Positions 20,870 through 32,025 of a DNA stretch of 36,276 nucleotides are shown here, piece by piece. Source of the stretch: Hydrurus foetidus (Eukaryota). Both the position numbers and the translations under genes were made by a program. The DNA is taken from assembly GCA_900617105.1 (NCBI GenBank), contig UYFQ01000358.1, positions 1-36,276 on the forward strand, written 5' to 3'. The notes below the pieces were generated by a model. It did no database searches. It saw nothing but the letters and a program-made list of their open reading frames with translations, and was not told the origin of the DNA. Position 1 is the first letter of the stretch. The number at the start of each line of letters is the position of its first letter.

Positions 20870-23800
20870 CTATGTTTGCGCCTTTTTCAAGCTCGGGAAT
20901 TCTGCTGTACTGCTGAATGAAGGATTACTCGCACCACTCACCCCCGTCCCTACCCCCGTCCCTACCCCTATCCCTGTACCACTATGGGTTGTTGGGGTAC
21001 TTGGTGTGTGGGTGTTAATGTGGCTGTGGGTGTGATTTTGAACAGGGGGAGGGGAGGGGTATGTGTGTGTGTGCTGATTCTGATTGATTGAGTTCTGGTA
21101 GTAGTACTGCTGTTGCTGATGCTGTTGCTGCTGTTGTTGTAGGCCTTGAGATTGTGCATCGCCTCCATAGTGATAGTGTAATGACCGTCTCTGCTGCTGA
21201 TAGTACTGCTGCTGTTGTTGTTGTTGCTGTTGAAGTAGATGCTGGTGTGTGCTGTCAGACGAATAGTGAGGCCCCGAAGAAGAAGAAGAAGAAGAAGAAG
21301 AAGAAGAAGAAGAAGAAGAGGAGACTGACTGGCCCTTGCCCTTCTTGGCACCGCTAGATGATCTCTCAAACTCGCTCACTGATCCCTCCGCTGCTCTCAC
21401 CTTCTCAATTGAACGCGCGGAGCCCAACACGTCCTCCCCCCCACTCTCCCTCAAGCTCTGCTCTGAGGAACAGTCTACGTAACTTCCTCCGGATGTCGAC
21501 ACTTTTTGTCCCCATCGTCCCCTTCTGTTCTCTTTAACTCTAAGTTCTAATGCAGAGTGGGCGAAATCGCATTTACCTGAAAATGGGTGTTTGCGAGTGT
21601 AGTGAGTGGTTGGCTTAACACGAGGGTATTGGAATAATGAGGGGAATGGTAATCGGTGTGGCATAGTGCGGTGAAGTATGCTCCAGTGATGTGTGGTGCA
21701 AAGTGGTGTAGTGAAGTATAGTGCGGTGAAGTATGCTCTAGTGATGTGTGGTGCAAAGTGGTGTAGTGAAGTATAGTGCGGTGCAGTGCGATTTGTTGTG
21801 TTGCGGGTGAAATGCTGTACGATAAGTCAGTCGGTGATAGCCACATCGTAAATAAGTCTACAAGCACATCAATTCACCACAAGAGAGGCAAAGAAAAAAA
21901 GAGAAAAGAAATTAGAAGAAAAGAGAGCAGAATAGAATAAAAAATAATACATCAGAAGAAAATAAAATCAAATAGATTAGATAAGATTAGAACAGAACAG
22001 AACGGGGCAGTTACCTTTCTTGCGCATAGGACAAGTGACTGTTTGCTCCCAGTGGGTGCACAAGCGTGTGCGATACTTGAGGTCAGTCGACGCCCTTATC
22101 AAGTGCATGGGACGGGGACGGCCCGTCTTGGTACCGTTCGTCCACCCCCCTGCCCCACCTGTCCCGCCTGCACCTGCTGCTGTGGTAGACCAGTTGTCAC
22201 ATTGTCCGATGAGCCTCCACCATCCTCTAGTGGCCAGACTGACAGACAGTGCACCACCGTGCCATACCACCACGTTTAGCGGATCCACTTGAGAGGACAA
22301 TAGCAACGCACTGTCCTGCACTACACCCACTCCCACACCACTGATTGTATTCATGTCTATGTGGGGTGTGGAATCTGGATTCAGAGTTCTGGTCAAACCG
22401 TCCGTAAGGTTAGGGGAGGGAGTGAGAGTGAGGGAGGGACTAGCACCGATAATAACATTAAAACCGACAATCTTAGCGGAACTTGATGAAGGTACGTATG
22501 ATGGTATTGAAGTTGAAGTTGATGGCAATGCATTGGATTTTGGCGATGTCGATGGATTTGATCCGTACACCCCCTCTCCCCCTCCTCCTCCCCCTGTTGT
22601 GACTGTTGTTGTTGTTGGTGTTATCGGTGATGGTATAAGTGGTTGCTCTCTGAGCATAGGAGCGATTGCCTTGCAGAAGGGAGAGAAATCCTTTTCATCA
22701 GCAAAGAAAGTGCACGCAGTCTCGACAGCCCGGAGCAAGAGTCGAGGAAACCTGTTCTCAAAATAGGCCAGAAATCCATTGGGTAAATCCAATTTAAGCC
22801 TAATTCTCAACTCGGTGTTTAACTCGTGAAAGTGGTGTTTTTTGTTCCGTATGACTCGTAGTAAGTCACGTACACAATGCGTGTCGTACTTACGGTATTT
22901 GTTCATATCGCTCAGAAGGCCTACATCTATTGACAATGCTTTCCCTCTACTGTCCCATCCACTTTGTCCAATTATTAGATGCGCTTTTGACTCTAAAAAT
23001 AATACCACACTTGAAATAACGGATTCCTGCTCTAATCGGTCAGAAAGGCTCACGAGAAATTCTAATCGTTTTGAGGAATCCCAGAAGAAAGGATGCTTAC
23101 AAACCTAAAACAAAAAGAAACACAAATAATGTAAAGAAGAAATGTGTTAGGAGATGTAATGGAAAAAATAAAATAACATGATAGTCAATGCAACGATGTT
23201 GTACATGATGCGATGTGAAGAGAAATAATGTTAAATATTCTGATATGATTACATTAGAAATAGAATTATGTTAAATGTAAACAAAACGAAATCGTAAGAA
23301 TGGAAGTGTACGGAATGCAAGTACACAAAATATAATGACAGTCATGACGAGACGAAAAGAGTCAGAGAAGAAAAAGAAAAATGAGCGCGTGATTATATAT
23401 TCGCATTAGATAAGATAACATACGCATGAGCTTTGTTTGAATGAAATAAGTAATAAATGACTAAATAAATAAATAAAACATACAAATGAACGTCACAATT
23501 TAGACACACTCATCAACATTACAATATCCCCCTTATCAACATTATGACATTATAATGTCCACTAATCACCTGTGAGGCGGACGGTCTGTTATCCGGGTCA
23601 TGACTGAGCATTCTCCGTATTAAATCTTGGGCGTCAGGGGCGTAGTTTAGAGGGGAGAGGTCCATGCAAGCCTTCATGATATTCGCCTCCCTCTCGTACC
23701 ACTGCCCGAAAGGATGACATCCAGGAATGAGAACGTAAAAGTAGACCAATCCCGAGGAAAATATGTCGCATTTCTGTGTTCTTTTGGTAAGTGACCTTCC

Positions 23801-25183
23801 CCTAGGGGATGAGCTGGTACCAGCTACAGCACACACGCCCACACCTGCCCCTGTCTCTGTCCCTGGATCTCTCCCTGTTCTTCCACTAGTCCCTGTCCCA
23901 TTTCTCGCACCTCGTGATTCCTTGTCACTGAACCCACTAGCCTTTTTGGAGGATGCGTTATTGGTGTTGGTGCGTTTCTCGCTGTCAAGACTGAGTGAGA
24001 AAGAGTCGACATCACCCTCTCCCTCTCCATCCCCTTCGTTCTCTCCTTCTCCCTCAGTGCAGACACTCATGCTGGGTGCATCTATATCTTCGCTCTGAGC
24101 GTCCCCACTAGCTATCAAGTCGAACATCTTCTTCTTCACTGCACCTCCTCCCTCTACTTCTCCCTCTTTTCCTCCCCCTCCCTCTCCTCCATCTAGTTCT
24201 ACCACTGCCGCGTCTCCTTCCTCGTCCTCATCTAATGACTCCTCACTCATATCTCCCTCCTCTTCCTCTTCCTCCCCTTCATTCGGATCGGGGAACATTC
24301 TCAGAGACATCAACTCAGGTGCCTGCCATCCAATCGTACCTACCGGGTTGTGTTCTTCCGTCTTACTGCTCTTCCCTTCCTTTGTCCCTGTTCCGTCCTT
24401 ATCAGTGGAGCCCATCGAGGCAGAGTCAGACGAAGACACCCTTTCCCCATTCCCCGTCGCTGGCCCGGTACCATTTTGGTAGGGCAATGAGAAAGACATG
24501 GAATTGAACGACCCGTCGTCCTTGTCTAATTGCTTGGACAACCCCATGTCACTTATCTTGAGCACAAACTGACCGAGCTGTACAAGATCACTGTTCGTGT
24601 CGTTGTGCATCTCTTCCACACTGGATCCTACTACTCCTGACACTACAGAAGAGGATGAGGAAGAGGTAGTGGTGGAGGTAGAGAAAGAGGCAGATATTGC
24701 ACTGCCTTCTTGAGTAGGATTCTTAGCGGAAATTGGGTCGGAGATTCCGAGTAGACAGGACCCGTCTCCGTCATCCACTCCTCCTCCGCTTCTCTCACTG
24801 CTTGATGCAGTCGCACTTAATCTTTCCTTCTCCTTCTCCTTCTCCCTCTCTTTCTCTTTTTCTCTCTCCCTCTCTTTTTCTTTTTCTTTGTCTCTGATAC
24901 CTGCTGCGGAACCTTCTTCTGGCAGGGCGCAAAGAATATTATGTGGTTTGATGTCTCTGTGCACAATTCTTTGAGAGTGTAGATGAGCCAAACCCTCCGC
25001 GACCTGAATAGTAATCAAACATAAATATCACAACATAACATAGAATGTCATCAGACATCAACAAATATCATCGAATGTCATCAAGTGGTGGTTGTGCTCT
25101 TCTTATCTATAGATGTTGTGAATATAGAGCTTTAGACGATGACGAAATTAATTAGATTTCCACAGATGCCTGGAAATGCTTTG

Positions 25184-25224
<41 letters not shown>

Positions 25225-28200
25225 TAACACTGACCAATCGAATGTGAACCATTTAGCACACATACTGCACTTCATCGCTACGAGGTACATCTATGCCGCA
25301 CCTGTCTGAGTGCGCTTCTGGCTTCATCAGGTATCATAGATCTGCCGCACACGAGAGATGACGAGTCACACAGTGCAGAGACTCCTCGTCTGTCCTTCTC
25401 CTTGTCCCTCTCCTTCTCCCTTCTTTTCTTACTCTTCTGTAACTTGGCCACGAAATCTCTCAGACTCATACTGCATAATTGGAGTGCAAGATACACAAAC
25501 TCGTTCTTCGTTTCCCTCAGGAAGTATCTCACGACATTGGGGTGGCCGTCACTGCGAATTAACAGGGACACTTCTCTGTCTGCTGCCTTGTTGAACCTAG
25601 CCAGCATGCGCTTCACTGCTACAGGTCGACCATTGAGACTACCCCTAAGCACTACTGTACCGTGTGAGCCGTATCCTAACACATCAGCCGTGAGAAGCAG
25701 AGAGCCAACACGACATGTATACCCGCCCTCAATCAACTCCAAGTCATCTTCCTCCACAATCAGACCAGATGCTTGAATGACAGCTAGACCATTGCTTTCA
25801 TTGTCTCCACTCTTTGACACACTGTCCATACTCATGAAGGACTTGGTGCGCATCAGAAGCAACTCCGGTTTGACCACTAATCGCACAACAGCACTGAGAA
25901 GAGAGTCAGACAGATATCCTAGTGAAGAAGGCAGGACTACTCCCCAGCTCTTAAGCCAGAAGAGAGACACGTACAAACAGAGCGCAAACACGAGCACTCT
26001 CAACATCAACATCTCCACCATATGAAGGTAGAAGATCACTATGTTGAAGAAGGAGCGATGCAGTGGGCGAGGTAGAGATGTCGAAGAAGCAGTAGGTAGG
26101 CCTGCTCTGCCGTCCCAATTATCTCTCCCTCCATCACCATCTATATCACGACCATCTACATCAAGACGAGTAGATGCTTTACTTCCCCTGTACTCCTTTA
26201 GATAGTCCAAAAATGAGTCATACTCCTCATCCCCATTACTGTCCCCCCAAAAGGACCCTCTCCCATCCTCATCAAACTGTCCCCTCACTCTGTGTTGATC
26301 TCTCAAGTCACTCATGGAGAGAGATCGATGCATGACGTGCTTGTGACCGTTAGATTGACTGCTGATCTTAGTATGAGTCACCAGTGCATCACTGTGCTTG
26401 AGATCTTTTCTAACAGGACCTGGTCGATGTTGGAGAACAAAGTGATTGCCGATCAGCTTCCTGCTAGCCTTTAACACCTCTTTCTCTCCCTCTTCTTTTC
26501 CCTCCTCTCCTCCCTCTAATGCATCACCACCATCTACTTTATCTGCTGCTGCTGCATTGATCCCACTGACACCCTCACTCCCACTCTCCTCTACAACACC
26601 TGAATGTACCCCATTCTTTATCCCGGCCCTGGTACCCATTCGGGATAACCCCAAACCCGACCCCAGTCCCCCCGTCCCCAAAACCGACCCCAACCCTCCT
26701 GTCTGTCCCTTAGCCTGAGCCTTGATCAGCCTCTCAAACGTCTTCAGTAACTGAGATTTGTCTGGCGTGTGACCCATAGATGCAGTCTGGCCCGGTCCGT
26801 TTTTGTTACCCCCTTGGGCCCCAGATATGATGCTGCCGTCACTGTCACTACCACCAACAGGGTTGGTTTGACGGTCCTTACCATCGAGGTGATCAGCATC
26901 TGGAAGAGCTGTAGTGGGGGAAGGTAGTGCTAGAGGTAGTGTTGCAGATGAGGTGAGTCCCTTGACCACTTTAGCACTCCCTTCCGGTGCAATGCGTGTG
27001 CTCACAGCACTGACCGCTGAGGAGTGTGTCTGATGTCCGTCACTCATCTCTAGTGCATACAGTCCTCCGTCATTTAAAGATCGTACAATGACGATATTAG
27101 AAGCGGACTGAGGAGAATTTCCTTTCATAGACTCAGAGGAGGGTAGGCATTTTCTCTTCCTCTTTTTCTCTCTTTTTTCTACGCTAAATACATCCTGTTC
27201 ACTACCATCATCGTCATCACTATCATTCTCATCAGAATTAGCATTCTCATAGCATTCTGCTGCTGGCATTCTATACGCTAGCCGCAGTGGCTGAACTGAA
27301 TATCCCGATTGAGTGCGCACGGATGTATGATCCCCGTCATCCTCTACCGTAAAAGCCGTGACTGCCGGGTAGTCGAGGGAATACGTACGGTGTATTTGAC
27401 CGTTGAGGTCGGTGAAATAAAGCTCACCATCTGGAGTTGAAATGAGAGGTAGAGGAAGGGGCTGGGAGTTCTGTGCGTTCTTGAAGTTACCCACCACCTC
27501 CCCCTTTGCCCCCTGCACCGATCCAATTCTCATGTTGGTGCTGCTACGAGTATCCTGAGAGGGGGCGCCTGCCCCTTTGTTCAAAGGACGCAATTCTGAA
27601 TAGGTGAAGTTAAATTCCTCAGCACCTGTCATCTGATCAAATGCTCTTAGAGTATAGTCAGTGCGACCCAGCCAGAAGGGGGACCGATGGGACTTCCGTC
27701 CCCCTCCCCCTCCCCCCCGGTAGGAACCGCCCCCTCCATCCCCTCCCACCGTTCTTTCTCTGTCATAAGTCGCTCCTCTGCCCTGAAGATTGGACCGCTT
27801 CATGTCGTCAGACCCCGTACCCATGATTCCACCTGAACCTAGCAAATCATGCACCACTCTACCGCTGCCAAGGTCGACTCCGATCACCCTACTGTTTTTT
27901 TGGGACGTAAATATGAGTCCATCGTGGGTGACAAAGGGAGCCTTTTCAACGAGCATTCTGGCTGTAACAGATGTTTTACGCATGCCCTCAACAGAATGTA
28001 GCAGGAGAGATCCATCAGTGGAGGGAATCACAGAATAGTCGAGGTTTCCTGAGCTGTGATGACTCGACAAAGGACCGCCCCCAACATCCGCAGTCCATTT
28101 CTTATTATTTTGCTGATCGAAACCGTGGAGTAGTCCATCGGCCGTCCCTACAACTGTGATCAGATTGTCTGAATTGATTTCGTCATTGCTTGCCAGTTCA

Positions 28201-28367
28201 GTTGATTCCTGATACGCTCTTCGAGCAACAAGTGAATTAACACCATCGAAAGCTTTCTGAAGATTGTTTTCGTCCAGAGCTAACACGCGGTCACATTTTT
28301 TACCGAGAATGCTAACGTACAGGGCGAGGTAGACTATCACCAGATCAGAGAACACCTTACTTCTCAT
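20870..28367 (-). CDS. IRE1: IRE1 transmembrane Ser/Thr kinase-endoribonuclease with an added C-terminal CCCH zinc finger, 4 exons, ~2098 aa
   Basis: Exons 28367-25302, 25003-23570, 23104-22015, 21576-20870 (GT-AG, phases consistent, 6297 nt). Signal peptide; luminal motifs IPSTDGSL, LVEKAPF, LGRTDY; hydrophobic TM region; kinase motifs GYGSHGT, VAVKR, SDGHPNVVRY, HRDIKPHN, DMG, GTIGWQAPE; KEN domain SDRLE..KYRKY..DLLRVIRNKKHHF. Confidence 0.95.
21663..21783 (+). repeat. 55-bp tandem repeat (2.2 copies) in IRE1 intron 3
   Basis: Unit ATAGTGCGGTGAAGTATGCTC(C/T)AGTGATG... begins at 21663, 21718 and 21773. Confidence 0.9.
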
Positions 28368-29246
28368 CGTGTCGTAGTGTTCGTTCGTTTCATCGTGTTT
28401 CTACAAAAATCGATCTATCACTCAACTTTATGATTCTTATTAGCCCTATGACTCCACTGAGCATGTAAAGATTATATCACCGCGTCCGATTGTCGAGGTT
28501 CCTAGTCGAATCTAGCGAAATGCCAACTGTCAAGCTACTGGAGAGTGGAGCTCATCATCTCATCTCCGAGAAGAACGAAAATCGAATGAAAGTTGAAAGG
28601 TGCGTACAAATTTCAAAAAAGTACGACAGTGGAGTGCAGTGGTACTTCAGTACTAAATTCTCTGAAAATTCCTACCAAATACTTAATGTTTTATGATTCA
28701 TGCGTTATGTAGTAGAAGTTGGTTCGTTTTGGTGATGAACGAATAAGACGAAATCAGCAGGATGTTTCTACGTCAATCGTAGTCAATAGCGAGTTGAGAG
28801 ATTATGCGAGATTTCGATTGGCAGTGCTCCAATGTCCATCATATATTCATCTACATTCTCCAGGATGGCAGCAGGTAGCACTGGACGCTTCCATATTGTC
28901 ATATCAATTTTTTGGATCATGATCTATGCATGCATCATCAATAATCAGAAGTCTAAACGCCCAATTAGAAATAATCTGAAACGCTTCCTCCTAAGAAATT
29001 TTCTGAGAGTCCGGAAGAAAATCAGTTTTCGTATCTTTTACTAACAGAAAAATACTTTCCAAAATTCCTCAGTCAAAACAACGATAAAAATGAAAGTGTC
29101 GTTGGTTTGAACGGAAATTGGAATTGGACTCGACTCGACTCGACATGTCATGACAATCGAATCGAATGAATCGGAGGGCAGGCTTCTCAACATCCACAAA
29201 TCAGCAAATATAACCTAGACTTTCTGCTGCCTAATCTAACTTCAAA

Positions 29247-30060
29247 ATGGCCACCGTCTCATACGAATTATGCCCGACATCGGCACCATTTTTTGGATTC
29301 ATGGGAGTTACGGCCGCATTGTGCTTTGCCAGTAAGAACTACCACTACACAAATATTTCCGATTAATTTGACATTCACGGACACAAACTTTAAACACTGC
29401 GCCAATAATCTCACATGTCCTATCTTTCTCTTTAGATATCGGAGCTGCTTACGGAACTGCTAAATCAGGCGTCGGAATTGCCTCAATGGGTGTAATGAAC
29501 CCCGGACTTGTCATGAGAAACATCATCCCAGTCGTCATGGCGGGTGTGCTTGGCATTTACGGTCTCATTGTAGCAGTCATTATTCAGGGTTCAAGTAAGT
29601 CGCTCGTATGAATGAAATTACTATTGATCAATCTTGGAGAACTCATTAATTATCTTCAGGCTTCACTGACCCATAATAAATGAACATTCCCAACAGTTAC
29701 GATCCCTGCCGTCAATGGGGCAACTAAATACTCTAGTTTTACCGGCTATGCACATTTATCTGCGGGCCTTTGCTGCGGACTCAGGTTGGTGATGGAAAGT
29801 TCTTATTGACATCTGCCACAAAAGCTAGTTCTTGAGGTTTTCTGAACAAATTTCCCATCATTTATACCCGCAGTGGTCTTGCCGCTGGCATGGCAATTGG
29901 AATAGTTGGAGACGCCGGTGTGCGCGCTGTAGGCCAACAAGAGAGACTTTTCGTGGGCATGATTCTTATTTTAATTTTCGCGGAGGCCCTCGGTCTATAC
30001 GGTTTGATCGTGGCGCTCATTCTGTCCCAGCAGAGTTACCAGTGCACCGCCACAGCCTGA
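29247..30060 (+). CDS. ATP6V0C: V-type H+-ATPase proteolipid subunit c, 4 exons, 172 aa
   Basis: Exons 29247-29331, 29436-29594, 29697-29784, 29874-30060. Motifs [41 protein letters not shown], and [11 protein letters not shown] with the proton-binding Glu. Confidence 0.97.
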
Positions 30061-31175
30061 GCGGCCGGCATCTACTCTCACAGAAACCACCTTGATAGAA
30101 TTTTTGATTGTTTTTTCTCTTCAACCGCACTGCATCAGGTGATCCACCCTCCCATCACGACTACTCCACCTGAAACAGGCTCCTCACCTAGGCCGCGCGG
30201 TTTATAGTTAATGTTTTGGTCTAGACGACATCCACTAAAGAACAATGCAATCGAGTAAGCAAGCGTAAGAAAAGATTTTTTGCTTTCTCCCTACGCAACA
30301 CGATGTGAAGTGACCTCAACAATAAGAGTTGGGAAGAGGAAACGGAATGAAGAACTCCCTTTTCGTATTATGCACACCGAATAAAAGTGAGTACGATGCG
30401 TACCGAATGTCAAAAATGATGGCACAATCTGTGAGCAGCTTGTCGTGCCTGAAGCGAAAGCAAGCAATGTTACCATCAGTGATGAAGACGAAGAGATGAG
30501 AGGAGGTTGGAGCAGTGCAGTGTATGAGAGAAGGTAAAGGAGTAGTCTGTCGCGGAAGAGCACGGTTGTCACGGAAGAGTAGCGCGAAACTAACTTCACT
30601 AGATATCTCTAAATCAGTGACAGAATCAGTAAGTCTTCGGTAACACACGTATGGCTGTATGTATCTACACTTCGATAAAGCACAGAAGTTAAGGTCTCAC
30701 AGAATACTTCAAGATTCCTAACACGTATTGACTGCTTATCCGAAATTATCAGTTAGCACCATTCAATCAGCACACGTTTACGACGGTTGACTTGGTGATA
30801 CCATCTTCATCTTCGAAACGAGGGCACGGTAAAGTACGGTAAACGTGGCCGGATCCGCACGGTGTTTTTATCTCCGCTATTATGATGATAACAGCATTTG
30901 CATCATCTCAATCTCTGCTCTAGATACAGCTATCAGCTATCTCAACATCTGACCTCCCCCGTTTGCTTCTGAATTTAGCTGCTCCTAATTCCCAACGTAA
31001 CTTCGACGGATTGTGCTGTTTATCAGTGTACTTGGAAAGAGAAAACCTTGTTTTGAACAGCATTCTTGCATGGCATCTGTGAACAGAACTCCAAAGATTT
31101 TGGGCAAGGAGATTGCAAACAGGTTGTGTATTTTGGTGCAAAGCGAACAAAGGATACTTTTGGTCTGGTGGAAGG

Positions 31176-31981
31176 ATGCGAATTCCTTGTAGAATTGGGT
31201 TATTCTTCGTGTATCTCTCCAACGAAGTGCTTCCGGCCTCATCACTGTTCAGCTCAAAACTTCATTCAAACATATTTCGTCCTCGTGCGGTCAGTAAAAT
31301 GGCAGATGAGATGATAGCATTAGACCTACTAGTTCAGAAGGACGTGAAGATCAAGAAGAGCAGGAAGGCAATCATATCGACCGTTATAACGGTGTCCTAC
31401 ATGTCCATCATCGTGAGTGTCATGGCGCTCCCCGTATGTCTGTCAGCCATTTCTTCTGATATAGCTTTCTACGGAGCCAAGACAAACAAATCATACCTAT
31501 CAGAAGTAATTTTCTCAGCGACCATGGCAATTGTAAGTTACTCTTCCGTTCTTAACTATTTCATCTTGAATCTTCACTTGTCATGCTCGCATGAAAACAA
31601 CAATGTAACATGATGAACTGCAGTGCATTAACCTTTCCAGAGTACAGAAACAATATATGGGCAATTGCGTGTAACTGTATTTTGCAGATATTTCAACTGT
31701 CTTGATATTTCTATAGTCACTAAATTACTGTAGAAACAATTGCCTTTTTGCGATTAAATTAATCTTATTCCTATCATGTCCATTTCATCCCAAATATCTC
31801 TCCACTCCACTCCTCTCCTCTCTACTCTATATCTGTGTTCAATACAGTGCACTGTTTTAAATGAGAAGTATGATAAGTTGCAATATTTATCAGAGGGAAG
31901 AAATGGTTCTAATTTCAAAATGTTAAAAAGATAGATGCATACACACACATAGATAGATAGGGAGAGAGAGAGGGAGGGAGG

Positions 31982-32025
<44 letters not shown>

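Noticed and set aside
21977..23053. RNase L or bacterial-type defence nuclease interpretation of the kinase-KEN ORFs
   Set aside because: The exons splice to a signal peptide, luminal domain and TM segment with no ankyrin repeats, which is the IRE1 architecture.
30291..31245. Possible small spliced minus-strand gene between V-ATPase c and the MFS gene
   Set aside because: Splice-like signals are present, but no exon chain gave a convincing protein; needs RNA-seq.
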